Below, piece by piece: positions 12,521-26,025 of a stretch of DNA of 64,000 nt (position 1 is its first letter; each line of letters starts with the position of its first letter). This DNA comes from Camelus ferus (taxonomy: Eukaryota). Below the pieces are notes generated by a model that made no database searches, was not told the DNA's origin, and was given only the letters and a program-made list of their open reading frames with translations. The DNA is taken from NCBI RefSeq assembly GCF_009834535.1, contig NC_045701.1, forward strand, positions 26,536,001 through 26,600,000, read 5' to 3'. Position numbers and translations under genes: made by a program.

Positions 12521-14629
12521 GCATAGCTTTCTATATGATACGTCCTTTTGAAGGTTCATCACTGCGGTATGGCAACGTGAAAGGCTACAATGGCAGGATT
12601 AACTCAAGGACGTGTGTAATACTGTTCTATGCGAAGATAAATATCCCATTGTAACTTCTGAGAATGTCTGAGAGGCTGAACATTTTCCATGCAGACATTC
12701 TATGCCCTAACAAATTCCTCTCCAAATTCTTCTGACCAAGTCCAGATTCAATGACTCACAAATCTTATGCACAGTAACTCCAGAATGTAAATATGGTCTG
12801 CCAACTCTTATGCTATATCATAGTTTTCATAAATATTAAAATGATGTTACATGCTTAAATATGAATATTAAAGAAAGCGAGTACTTTTAATGCATACTAA
12901 AAAGAGCATAATTTCCATTCAATAAAAATACCTGTCAAAGAGCCTCAATAATACAGCAAATGAATAGAATAGAGAGATAGATATGGAAGGAATTATTCCC
13001 TCATCAAGACTCTCCAATATGTGACATTTTTCCAAGCTGGAAAACTTACTATGCAGAATATTCTCCATCCTAGAAATGTAAGCCAGTATTTAGCAGTTAA
13101 GTGAACAATGACTTTGAAGGCTGCTAAGAGCCCCATGTGAGGTTTGAATTACAAAGCTATGTCAGGTCTAACTTGGAAATTATAATTATTTCTATAGAAG
13201 TTCAGGGCTTGATTTCTTTTCTTGGGTATTTTGGCTTCCCTTGTTTTGGGGGGAAAGTGACTAATGATGCCCTGGAAACGATTAACTTAAAAAGAAAGAG
13301 CTAAGAGTATTTGATCCTCCTTTGATGAAGTGTGAACACTAGATCCTTTTCCCACAAAGTGGAAATGGACTAAGCTAGCTTTGAGGGAAGGAAAAGGGAA
13401 TAGGTAAAGGAAGCAAAAGGAATGCATTTGTTACTGTTCCTTTATCCCAGAGAAGCTATTTCAAGTGATCACTGGTGGAAACTGCTGATAGTCAATCTCA
13501 TATTTTCACTCCACGTTTGACATCAATGTTGTCAATACGACATAATCGTCTCTGTCAAAAGCATCATTCATTTCCAAACTGCAGAGTTATTTACAGTCAT
13601 GTCTTCACTCAATGTAACACTACCACTCAACGCTCAGCTGTCCCTTCTCTGTTTTAAGTAAACATTCGGGCAGACTTTTAAAGAAGCTCTATTTTAGGTT
13701 AGGCTAACAACCTGAAAATGAACCCAAAGAGAAAAACTTCCTCTCTTGTCCAAATACCATTTGGACAAACGAATAAAGTTTTTCACAAAAACTGGCATTT
13801 CAAATTGAGTTCTGTTTGGTAAGAGACATGGTGCTGAAAAGTGACATTTATAATGACAGCAATATGGATCCCCAATAAAGAAGACTGGGTTGTATTTTGC
13901 TCTAATTATAACCACTTAAATTTGCGTGTGCATTTTTTTTTTTTAATTTGGAAATAACTATAATAATGTAGCTTCCAGTTAAGCACCTACTCTAAATCTC
14001 TAGTCACAAAAATATGGCTGATGTGGGTCTTTGAATACAATTAAATGGAAAACATTGTGAGGAAAACTCAGTCTTATGCCTCTAAACACCTGAATGAGCA
14101 ACTAGTTACTTCACGGCTTCTATGCACCCAGCATGGTGCTAGCTGTACAGCATATGGAAAAAAAATGATGGCAGTATGAAGGAAACAAGGGTAAATGGAA
14201 ATCAGGCAGTGTTTTTAAAATAAATTTAGTTTTTCTTTTCCATCTACTCTTTCAGAGAACAAATCTTAAAACTCTTAGTATACCCAAAACTATTTCCCAG
14301 AGGTAACTGCTTACGTCTTTTTACTAGCAGAAGACATGATAATGGCTAGGAAGAGGTGGATTGAATTTTGAAAACCGGAAGCAGGATTAAAGCTAATTTG
14401 ACAGACACACAGAATTTTGGTGGTCTAATGACTTTCAGAAGCTATTTATTTGCAGAACTTTTCCTAAGCATAAATATCACTATCAGTCTGTGTGGGATCC
14501 CTTCCTCTTGATATAAAATATATCAAGCATATGAGCTAAAAAATAAATCAAGCTTTCTAAATATATGTTTGTTATCTGAACAAACTGGAATGGGTTATTT
14601 TGAAACCAGTACATTTCAAAATAACAACA

Positions 14630-15025
14630 GCAACTATTTACCGTGAGCCGACTGTATGTTAGACTCTTTGCATAAATGATCTCATTGAGGCCTCCCTCCA
14701 GACCATGACTGTGTTGTCATCACTTCTGTTTTGCCTATTATTAGGGATCCAAGACGGACTGAAATGAGGAATTTTCTTAAAGTTCTCTAGTTAATAGCGG
14801 GTTAGCTAACATTACCATCAACATAAATACTTTCTCGTACTTCTAATTCTCACTGTAATTTGGAGGTTGGGACTGTTAATATCCTAATTTTTATAGATCA
14901 AGAAACCAATAAAATCTTAGACTTTCAACAACTTGTGTTATAAATGGTCAAACTTAGCTAGGTCATGACTGGGCTGGAATTGGATCACAGATTTTTTTAA
15001 TCCAAAGTCAATGCTTTTTTCAACT
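14630..15025 (-). mobile_element. Two adjacent MIR SINEs
   Basis: Antisense MIR motifs: tatttaccgtgagcc...gatctcattg and ctaatttttatagatcaagaaac...tccaaagtcaatgcttttt. Confidence 0.65.
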
Positions 15026-16574
15026 GGCCATCCCCATCTCTCCAAGACCCAAATTGGAATTTGAACCATATCTTTTGTTTTCAGTAAGTACACAAGTTCC
15101 ATTTTACCTCGCTGTCCTAACAGAACTTAAGAATGTCAGAATGGTTGCTTAGTGCCTCTAGTTCCCTGTCTTGGAATTTCTTTTTGTCTCCCTCTTCCTT
15201 ATCCCATGCTTATCCAAGCCTACCCAGGACCCCTGGACTTTCTATTCAATGAGAATTCTTCCTTTGGTTTTGATTATCAGATGGTTTATGGGTCAATGCA
15301 AATTTTTTTTTCATTTTACTGTGATCTCCAGTATTTTCCTACAGCACACTAATAACCAGAAGACCAGGCTCCTAAGAATGCAGACCATGCTACATGCGGA
15401 ACACCATACTGTCATTTTCTCCACTTCATCTATAACATGGTTTGTTGGTTGGAGCCAAAGCACAGTACTACCAGATACGCTCTGTATCTGTTTAATTCCT
15501 TGGCTTCAAACTATTTTGTATTGCCAAAATTGTTTGAATTGACTGTATTCCCATCTTTCCTCTTAACCTCTTGCCTTTTTCCTCCCATTTTCCATTCTTT
15601 TTTCTAAATTTTATTTTCCTTTCTATTTCTGCATGTGCACCACCCTCTAGCAGTCCATTTTGCTTGATCCCTGTGCATCCTCTTCATGCTTTCTGAACAC
15701 TCCCATCACCACTATGTTCTTGCCACCTTCAGGAAGAAGATTATGAGTCCCATTTTTGGGTTACATACACACAGTTAAGACAACCAGAAACAGTATCTCC
15801 AAGTACAGGGCAACTCACATGTAATGATATTAGTGAGTTGTTTTTAATGAACACATCTTTTACCTGGTTGTTAGTATCTTTGCGTATGTGTTTGCAATTA
15901 TATGTATTATGTTTCTAGTTTACCTTCCTACTTCTTATGTTCTTGATTAACATTAAAGAAATAAAAAGCCCAGTTAATAAGCATTAGTTATTGAATCGTC
16001 ACCTCCTCAGTCTGCTTGCTGATGATAATTTGGAAATAGGAAACATCTTGTCTGATTATTAGGCCATCCATTTTCCATGACCTGGGGCCACTTCTAAGTG
16101 ATTAATGGTGTGTGAGCCTGTTGCAATATTAAAAAGATCAACCTGAACCTTAACTGTAAGCATAGTGTCTCTAGAGGCTTACAAAAATTTTGCTTTTTTT
16201 TTTATTTCTAGAGATCTACAATCAGTTAATCAAATAGGTAAATCTCGATTACTTCTTAATTTTGAAAAAAATAGGCTTAACTAAGTTACTAATATGTATT
16301 AACTACAGTAATTGTGAAAACTTGCATTCTTCTGAAATTTGGCAGCCAGTCGTGAGCTATGAGCAGCCTGGGATACACGCCCACACACACACTTACATAA
16401 TTCCAAATGAGAAAATGAACGAATTCCTTTTGGGGACATTTTACTTCCAGGTATTAGAATTCTATGGGATAGTTCAGAATTCTTCTTGAGTTACACTTTC
16501 ATTTGAATAGTAATTTACAGTCTACAATGTATTTTTTTAGGGCAAGTAATGCTAGAAGTGGAATATACTGGGGA

Positions 16575-16660
16575 CCATTAAATGATTTTCCAAAGTCAAG
16601 TACTAATCTGGGGCTTGAACCTGGTCTTCTGATTCCTAGCTCACAGTTCTTTCTATTCTA
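16575..16660 (-). mobile_element. MIR fragment
   Basis: tgattttccaaagtc...ggcttgaacctggtcttctgattcc. Confidence 0.55.
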
Positions 16661-17416
16661 CATACTTACTTAAATATTAGATCAGCTATGTACTACCTAA
16701 AGTGAAAATTAAGCTTTAAATCTTTAAACAGAAAATGGTTTTACAAACTTATCCCATCATACTCTATCTGTGATGAAGGAAAGGAGCATTCCAATTAATT
16801 TTATTTTCTGTTTTCTAACTTCCAAGAACTCAAATCTGGAAAAAATACATCTAACATCATGAGAGAATTTATTTAAGAGGACTTCAAAATCTTGTAGGAC
16901 TTTAGGGTTATAATTTCTTCCATTAATTTCTACTCTTTCATAGAGATAGTGTCAGCTAAGAGATTTTCAACACCAAAGCACTTTTTTTTTTATATGACAT
17001 TACTTTCCGGCTGTGTCAATACAAATAAACCACAAAGTAATAAGTTGGGTCTTTCTTTTTTTTTTTTTTTCTCAGAGCAGAAACATTTAAAATGGCTGCA
17101 CATTTTGACACAAAAAGCTTTTAATTATCTGAGAGTAATTTTTCTAAGTAAGGGCTTCTTCCTCATTAAAATGATCATTGCAAATATTTTGAAAATGGAC
17201 TTGAACATGCTTTCAGATGGAATACTTATTTTAGATACATGCAGTAATCATCAGTTTCACTTTGAACACCAAGCCGATAAATATAATATACATTTTTTTT
17301 CCCTGAATGGTCAAGATACTGATTGAGGAAGATAAGAAAGATGAGGAGGATAGAGGCTAAAATGATTCATAAAATAGAGAAATGAAGCTAACCCCAATAA
17401 AAGTGTGTTTTATGGG

Positions 17417-17870
17417 TGTATTAGTTTCCTACTGATGCTTATTAAGCTACCACTGATACAGTGACTTTAAATAGCATGCATTTATTATCTTCCAGTGCAG
17501 GAAGTCAAAGTCTAAAATGGGGCTTATGGGACTAAAACTCAAGCTGTCAGAAGAGCTGAGTTCCTCTGGAGGCTCTATCAGAGAATTCATTCCTTGCCTT
17601 GTCTAGCTTCTAGAAACCGCCTGCATTCCTTGGTTTCTGGCCACATTACTCTGACCTCTGCTTCTATTGTTATATCTCCTTCTGACTCTAACCCTCCTGC
17701 CTCCCACGTCTAAGGACCCTTGTGATTATAATGGGCCCATACAGATAATCCAGGTTAATCTCCCCATCTCGAGGTCCTTAATTTAATCACACCCACAAAG
17801 TCCTTTTTCCCCCTGTAGGTTTTGGGGATTAGGACGTGGGCATCTTTGGGAGGCCATTCTGCTTTTCACA
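17417..17870 (-). mobile_element. Near full-length MLT1C-like MaLR solo LTR
   Basis: tgtattagtttcct...ttcctctggaggctct...gattaggacgtgggcatctttgggaggccattctgcttttcaca; flanks atggg/atgtg (4/5 TSD). Confidence 0.9.
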
Positions 17871-18705
17871 ATGTGCATAAAATATTGTAATTTTTAAATC
17901 AACATAGAGATAATGACATATTTGGAAAAAATAATCTTATGTGGAATTGATTCCTTAAAATGGATTTTGGGACCTGTGTGGAAACAGCATGAGACGTTAG
18001 TGCGGCCTGTCAGTTGCTTTTAAAATATACTTCATATTAGATCAGTAAATCGAGTACCTGAAAACAGTCTTCCAGTGTGGGAGTGTGTGCTTTTCCTTTC
18101 AGAGGAGTAATCAAAAATTTAAATTTTGAAAAAGTATTTTAAGCCAAATTTATACTGTGGATTATGTCTAAAAAGTAAACTTTTCAATTCAACTTGGTAT
18201 TTATGAGTCTTCTGCCAATAGCTATGACAAGATTAGCTGTGACCTCATTAGTAAGATAAGCAGTGAGGGAGGCAAGAGTGTATTGTTGAACTGATTTCCA
18301 ATCTAACAGTGTCCTAGTGAATGAGGAGTAAGGGAAATATTGTGCCACCATAATTAACTGAGGTAAGGCAGGGGGTGTTCACTGACTCTTATTCAAGCAC
18401 TATCCCATCCTATGTTTTTCAGAGTTACTTTTTATAACACCTAGAAATTGGGCAACTTGAAATGTCATTTTTTAAGACTTTGAATCAAATAACTTTACTA
18501 TTTAAAGATGTGAGGCAAAGACAACAGGTTGTTGTTATTATTATTATTTCATTCTAATTCATAAAGATGACTCTCTAGGAGTTACTATATTTGTCTTTTA
18601 TGGTAATTCTATTCTTTGACTATTTAAAATTTTGTCTTATCTTTATGTGTGTGTCCCCTACCAACTGCAGCCTAGAATCAACAAAACACCATCTATAAAT
18701 GTATA

Positions 18706-18855
18706 TTACTCCAGTGGTGTTCTGGAGCCTGCTGGCACCAGATCCTGAGAATTGATTTTGTGTGTATCTCCTCCCTGCTCTGAGTTCAGTGGCATGACTC
18801 GAGTAGCTTGACATGGGCCATGATGGGAGTATTTGTACCACAGAATCAGCAAATG
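18706..18855 (-). other. Candidate exon, possibly coding-terminal (unverified)
   Basis: cctttatttatag| acceptor; phase-0 frame HLLILWYKYSHHGPCQATRVMPLNSEQGGDTHKINSQDLVPAGSRTPLE*. Confidence 0.15.
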
Positions 18856-19149
18856 CTATAAATAAAGGCTTTTTCTCGCCTAGAAAACTGATTATTAAAC
18901 ACTTATTAGCATTTCTCTGTACACACAGACTCATTATCAATTGGGTTAAAGATTTAAAGAATCTTCAAATTAATCATGGCATCTTGGAAGCCAGTGTAAT
19001 TTCTATTAAATGATGTAATATGGCATATTTTGAACTTTTTAAACTTTCTCACCTGTGAGATCAGTGATGCTGGATTATAGTTCATTAATACTGTCACACA
19101 ATGAAAAGACAAAGGTATGTAGGAGAGTAAATTTCTGCCTTGTAATATA

Positions 19150-19628
19150 TGATATTGATATCAGATACCCCCTAATATAATGCCTTAATGATACATCACT
19201 TCTGGCGTATTCTTGCCAAAAATGCATAACCTTAACTATGAGAAAACAGCTGACAAACCCAAATTGCAGGACATTTACCAAAACAAAAGATCAGTACTTT
19301 TTTAAAGTGTCAAGGTATTATTGAAAGACAAAGAAGAACTGAGAAACTGTTACATACTGGAGGAGATTAAGGAGATGTGACACCAGATGCTAGGTAAGAC
19401 TATACTGAATTGAGAAAGAAAAAAGACATTAGTGGAAAAATGGGCATAGTTTAAATAAAGTCTATTGATTAATACATAGTATTGTGTGAATGTTAATTTT
19501 CTGGTTGCAGTAGTTGATCTACATTTATGTGAGATAATAACATCAGAGAAGCTGATAAAAGGATATACAAAACAGTTTATACTTTTTGCATTAATTCTAA
19601 AATTATATCAAAATACAAAGTTAAAAAA
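19150..19628 (+). mobile_element. L1MC4/5-like 3' end
   Basis: ttcttgccaaaaatgcataacc...atgagaaaacagctgacaaacccaaattgcaggacatt...aaagacattagtggaaaaa. Confidence 0.8.
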
Positions 19629-19639
19629 TGTTTCCTTAA

Positions 19640-19890
19640 AAGAACATGCACTTTGGAAGTAGGCAGATCTGATTTTGAATCTTGGTTTTACAGAAGCCTG
19701 TGACTTTGGACAGAGTATTTAAAGAACTTTTTTATATTTAATTTCACTTTTCCCAACTATGAAAGGAAAGTGATAATTGTATTTATCTTATAGAGTGGTA
19801 GAAATTAATGAGATAATGCTTTCTAAACCTTCCTCAGCCTTCTAACACAGGGCCCGACACACAGTATGCATTGAATAAACAATAGTTAAT
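19640..19890 (+). mobile_element. MIR SINE
   Basis: ctttggaagtaggcagatctgattttgaatc...gtgactttggac...aatgagataatgc. Confidence 0.75.
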
Positions 19891-20494
19891 GAAACTTCAC
19901 TGATGTTGAAGAAAACATAAGAAAACTGTTACTTTTTTTTTTTTTTTTTTAACATTTGTAGGCTTCTGAATGCCCTTAGATGGTTCCTCCAAGTCCTTGG
20001 AGATACGTGATGGCAAAAAGTCTAAAGTATGTGTCTCCAAAAGAATTAAAAGCTTCCATGGAATTTCGTGGCATAAGGGCCACAGTGTTGTGCCTGAAAG
20101 GAGGAGAAGAGCATGAGTTCTAGTGCTAGAGCGAACTGGCCGAAGGTAGTACAGGCTGTGCTCTGGGATCTGGACGTGCAAACAGAGTGTCATGGCCTTG
20201 TCATTAAACTCTGAAGACACAGATCTCACGGTTTCCGAATTGGACGACAACACAGTTGCCTGCCAGCTCCTATGTGCAGTCTCCAGTGTTGTGTAATCAT
20301 ATCTTCCTGCACAAATGCCAACTATAAGGCAGCTTAATTTTAATTGTGTAAAGCTGGAAGGGAGACGTGCTTCTAGGTTTACCAGAGATTTCCCCTGGTG
20401 ACAAAAAATTTATACTTTCTAATAAGTTCTACCCTTGTGGGCTAAAGGCCAAATGTTTTAAGAAATGCTGCTCAAGACCCGAGCTTGCTATTGC

Positions 20495-20670
20495 TCTTTC
20501 TGTGTGAATGCATTTTTACACACATGTATACATATATACACGCACACATACATATATATAAAAGTGTGCGTGTGTATATATGTATAATATGTATACATAT
20601 ATCTGTGTGTGTATGCAGTAACACATTTAAAATTTTGTATAAATATATTTTTACACACATTTATGCATGT
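20495..20670. repeat. Degenerate (TA/CA/TG)n low-complexity tract
   Basis: Alternating purine-pyrimidine runs. Confidence 0.8.
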
Positions 20671-22484
20671 AATACTTCTCAGTCTTATCCAAATATAAGC
20701 AGCATTTATGACACTAAGTCAAAGCCAAATTAAGAGGATGACAACAGCAATGCATATGTCAAAAGTTCTCTTATAATTATTAAAGGATTAATTTTTAAAA
20801 AGTAAGAGAGTAATTTTAAAATTAATTTTTAAAAAGAAAGTTCATTTTGTTATGCTAAGTTCTGTATATCATATTCATTTGTATTTATTTGAATTGATGA
20901 CAAATCCAAATAGTGTGACTCACCAACACAAAGACATGTACTGCTTTTCAAAATGTGTATAATTTATTTTAATAAAAACTTCACCTGTAGACAAAACCAT
21001 CTACACTCATTCTTTGTAACCTCATTCTTAAAGCAAACAATGTATCATTTAGATACTAAGCTAAAGACAGAACCACCACCAAATGGTCTAATACCATCAG
21101 TAATATGAAAACAAAATCACGAAAATTCTATTCACAGCTGCTGGGAAGAAAACTGAGAAGCAATACTCAGTGAACTGCCTTACTTAGAGTAGAAAGCCCC
21201 TTGCATGTGATTAGGTCTAAAAACACAGGTTTCTTTAAAAAAACAACAATAACACAGGTTTCTAATTCTCAGTTTAGAATGTTTTTCACCAAGCCATTCT
21301 CTACCAAGGCGTGGGGAAAGCAGTCTGTGACGTGAGCAGCAGATTTCAAGAACAGCTTTCAGCTACAGAGTCAGACTTTGCTATTCATCTTCGTGGCAAG
21401 GAAGGAAAGACCATTCTCAAGCACCTCCGGGGCTTTATAGGTACTCTTGCTTCAACTTAGTATTTCTAGTCTTCATAAAACAAGAACACTGCGGATGACA
21501 TAGTGAAGTCATCAGTTTATTCCAAACGCTGAAGTGCTTACTCTATCTTACATTTTACAAGTTTACAATTTTGGAGTCATTTGAACTCCTCGTTGGCTCA
21601 GTGGTGCAATATTTTTTTAAAGTTATTTCTGACCATAACAGACACTTTTAGACCTGCAGTGATGAGCAAACCCCAGAGGCAAAATACAATAAAGATTTAA
21701 GGGGCTGTTCAGTGCAGCACTGGAGCTTCTTTGTGTAGGAGAGAATCAGAAGTGGGAGGGCTAGCCTGGTGTGTGATTATTTCTGACAGTGCTGTAGTTT
21801 GTTTAATTTTCAATTTCTGCTAGCACTTTGGGGCACTGGAAAGTCTGATCCAAAGAAAGATAAGCTTTCATCTAAGATGTGAAAGCGGTTTTTTTTGTTT
21901 TGTTTTTCTGCTGTTATTTCTTTTTAGATTTGGTAAACAAATTGTGTTTGAAACAGATAAAACATCCAGAAACAAAACTCAAATGAACTCCATTATACCT
22001 ACACCAGCCCCGTGCGACTGGCTTTCTTTGCCTGTGGGAAAAGCTGAGACACTGCATTCTATATTTCAATTACTTTCACTAATTCACTAACAAAGAAAAC
22101 CCAGCTTATACTATTGTTTATGCTATATGATAAAGGAAACATAATCTATTTCTTATCATAAAACTCTGAGTTTACTGCAATATGATCAGAGATATGTTTG
22201 CTGTCTCTGAAGACGTCTGTCATGGAAGCGTTTGTGTTATCCTTGCTGGTATTTTATTTTACTTCACTAGACGTATAAACTGCATTATAAACAATTCAGT
22301 TTAGCTTTCATTTGAGAACCGTAGAATTTTAGTGGGTCCCAGGCTCAGCCAAATATTCTTTTATGGGTATGTTTAGCAGATCCTTTTTGTAGTGAAAGTA
22401 ATTAATGTGAATTTTCTTATATTCTTCCTTTAAGGGTAATATCATTAAAAAGGAAGGAAGGAAGAAAATGTATTTTTATATTTT

Positions 22485-22625
22485 ATATATGAACACATAC
22501 TAATTATAATATATACACTCATATATATATATATATACACTCATATGTACATACATACGCGCACACATACGTACCAGTTGGCATACTTATTTATCCATAT
22601 GTGTATATACATACTACATATATCC
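22485..22625. repeat. (TA)n-rich low-complexity tract
   Basis: atatatatatatatatac and related runs. Confidence 0.8.
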
Positions 22626-22789
22626 TTTCATCCCATTTCCTGATGATCACGTGGACTGTGGTACCCTGACAGCTGGCTGCCTGCATCAGACTACTGAAGA
22701 ATTTGCTAGTGTGACAATTCACTGGTAAATATGAAAGTAGAGGCTAGGATCTGAAGGAGCTCTAAAATCACACAGGAACCTTTGTTTGT

Positions 22790-24395
22790 CACACTCTTTT
22801 TCCTCTAAATCTTCAACCTTTCCTTGTCCCCTAGCTCCTCCCTCTTGTCAGCCCAGAGGAATTAAGAGTCTGGCCTACCTGTTCTTACAAAAAAAAATGC
22901 ATTTTCTCCTTGACATGTAGGTGCCCTACTAATCACATGGATTTCTGTCTATTTCTTTTCTTACAATCAAGCTTCTGGAAAGAATAGTCATCATTTGCTG
23001 TCTCTAATTTCTCACCTCATTTTCACCCTTAACTCTGTAATCTGATTTCTGACCCCATCAATCTTTGAAACTAGTTAATTTTCAAACTGGCTTCTAGTAC
23101 CACCTATATATTAAAGAGTCTCAAAGGACTTCACATAGATAAACCCACAGGCCAGTGATCATTCCTCATCCTACCTGACCTATCAGCTGCGTTTGAAAAA
23201 GGTATCACTTCCTCTTTCTCTTTAGAACACTTCTTCACTCTGCTTTTGAAATACTCTCCTGGGTTTCCCATTCTTCCTGCCAGGCTACTTCTCATTTCCA
23301 GAAGTCTCAACTCTCAAGTGTCCCAGGGCTCACTCTGGACTTTGTCTCTGTCACATCTACACTAGCCTTGTGATCTTATCCTGTAAATACCATCATACAT
23401 ATCACAGGTGACTATCAATTTATATTTCTAGTTTGGATCTCTCATCTGAACGCCAGACTCATATACCAATTATTAAACGTCTCCCTTTGGCTGTCTAATG
23501 CTCATTTCAATTTAACGTTTCCGAAACCAAGTTTTCTATCTTCTTTACTCCCTACGCCATCGCAGTTAATGGCAAAGCTTTCCATTTGCTCACGCCAAAA
23601 TCCTTGGAATCGTTGTTACCTCTTCTATTGGCCTCACACTCTGTATCTAATCCATTAGCAAATAATGTCGATCCTTCCTCAGAATGCATCCAGAATCTTC
23701 TCAGTTCTTTCTTCCTCCATTTCTACTACGCTGTCCAACCATCATCATCATCACCTCCAGGATTATCACAATGGCCTCCCAAATGATTTTTCTGTTTCCA
23801 GCCCTTGATCCATTTCGTCTGTTCTCAACACAACAGCCAAAGTAATCCTGTTAAAATGTGAGTCAGATCACATTATGCCCCTGCTCAGAACTCTATAATG
23901 GTTTTTCCATCTCAGTCAGAGTAAAAGCCAGAACATTTATAATGTCCTGTAAGATCCTATATAATCTGGCTTGTTCTCCACTTCCTCTTACGAATATCTC
24001 CCTCACTCTGCTCTAGCCTCCCTGCTTTTCTTCAATTCTCTCAAATTTGCCTGGCATGTTTCAGGCTGGGTGCCTTTGCACTTGCTGTTCCTTCTTCCTG
24101 CAACACTCTTCCCCTGACATCCGCATGACTCACTCCCCTGTCTCCTTTACAAGTGTCACCTCATTGAGGTCTTTACTGGTCACCTACTCAAAATTGTAAT
24201 GCCACACCTCTATTACCTTCTTTATTTTCTCATTAACACTGAATATTATTCACATTCTATATATTTTAATATTTTAATTTGTTATCTCACTCCCCACCTC
24301 ATGCTACAAACTCTGAGAGCATGTCTCCTAGCAGGTCTAACTGATGTAATCTGTAGAATAATTTATTTACTTGGCATATGAATAAATAAACAAAT
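22790..24395 (+). mobile_element. Long L2a-like LINE including 3' end
   Basis: tcatcctacctgacctatcagctgc, cagccaaagtaatcctgttaaaatgtgagtcagatcac, cctttgcacttgctgttcc, tail gaataaataaacaaatg. Confidence 0.9.
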
Positions 24396-24769
24396 GTAGG
24401 AAATGTAGGAATAAAATCTCTGTTTCTCAGACATATAATTTCAACTAAATATTTGGTATCCCAATAAATGGCCCACTGTTGCCTCAAACATACATCTACA
24501 ATTAAACTCATCATTTTAACAATTAACTATGAGCTGAAACCTCAGTTTTACCAATTACCAGTTAAGAGACTTCACTAAATCTTCAGTATCTTTCTTGTAA
24601 AGTAGGGATCAAAATAAATTCAATATTTTTTCCTCCTCTGTCTTCAATTTCTACTCTTTTTTTTCAGCCTGCCTCCCTAAATAGCTGTTCATAGTCTCCT
24701 TCTGCTGGATATCACTTGTCTTCTCTCTGCCCATTAAATGTTGGTATTTCCTGCTCATCCTTGAAAATT

Positions 24770-25082
24770 CTGTCCAGATTTCTCCTCAGGAAATGTTTCC
24801 CCACTAACTCTCCTCTCACCCTACTGCCCCACTCCCACATACCCATACCCACAATGACTGAGCATCTGGGTTATCACTAACATATTTGCCACATTGTATC
24901 AAGATTATCTTCTTACTACTTGGCTTCCCCATAGGCCATAAACTGTGCAAGAGAAATCACCACATCTGAATCATCTTTGGAGCCCCAAGCCCTAGCAGAG
25001 AACCAGGTCTGTGTTAGGTGCTCAGTAAATTATGATTGAATGACAAATAAATGAGTGAATAGATGAAGGAATAAATGAATGA
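24770..25082 (+). mobile_element. L2c-like 3' end
   Basis: cctagcagagaaccagg...taggtgctcagtaaat...gaatgaatga-type tail. Confidence 0.75.
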
Positions 25083-26025
25083 GGTAAGATACAAAGAATA
25101 CGAGAAGCGATGGACTAGTGTTTTCTTGCATATCTTGAGAGCTTTGCACGTTTTCACTGGAGCATTTAGTAATACAGCTTACAGATGAAGACATAAAGCA
25201 TGTCTTCACTACCTAAGCTAATTAGGAAGCAAATAGACTAACTTAGTTTGACCTGAAATTATCCAGTGAAATTCTTCTGTCTATTTTTGCAATTTTCTGG
25301 GTAAAGTGGCCTCAGAGCTTTCATAGTAAATTTATAGTGAATGTAGAAATGTAATGCAGTCCAAATCGTAGTCTTTTGTGTTTCACCATTAAATAGAATT
25401 TAAGATGGTCTTGAATTCTGGCCAATGCCATAGAATTATTTGTTTTTTTTTCCCATTTGCCTTTTTTCTCTAGATTTCACATGAGAAAGCCCAGTATTTA
25501 ATCAAATTACCTTCATGAACTGTATTTTTATTTAAATGACACAGAGATCAAAGGAGATAATAGTTCTGGAAATATGCTGCTCCCCCATAATCCACATGGC
25601 CACCTGTAGAAATCTATAGAAAACTATTAATAATTGAATCTGATGCCACGGCAGTAAAACTCACAGTGTTTTCTTATTAGGTTTGTTATTCATGTTGCTT
25701 CCAAGTGCTGTATTCCATTTTCTGTGAATATTATTATTAGCTTTCATAATGTGCAGCATTTATATAAGTATGCTTTAAAGAATAATACAAAAATATAGAT
25801 GCTATAAATCAAGGGCTACAAGGAAAGCTAACTGGAATTTCATCATTAAAAAAAGGATAAACAAGAGAAAAAAATTCCCATTATTTTATATAAATAGCAT
25901 ACCAGGATGATTTAGGGAATTTTTACACTTACTGACCATGCTTATCATTATATTAATTAAGTGCAAGTGTGATTATACATTTTATCGTCCATGGTGTGAG
26001 ATACACAGGTTTTGCTGTGACTTTG

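Noticed and set aside
20472-20733. His/Tyr/Ile-rich ORFs
   Set aside because: Translation of (TA/CA)n low-complexity DNA
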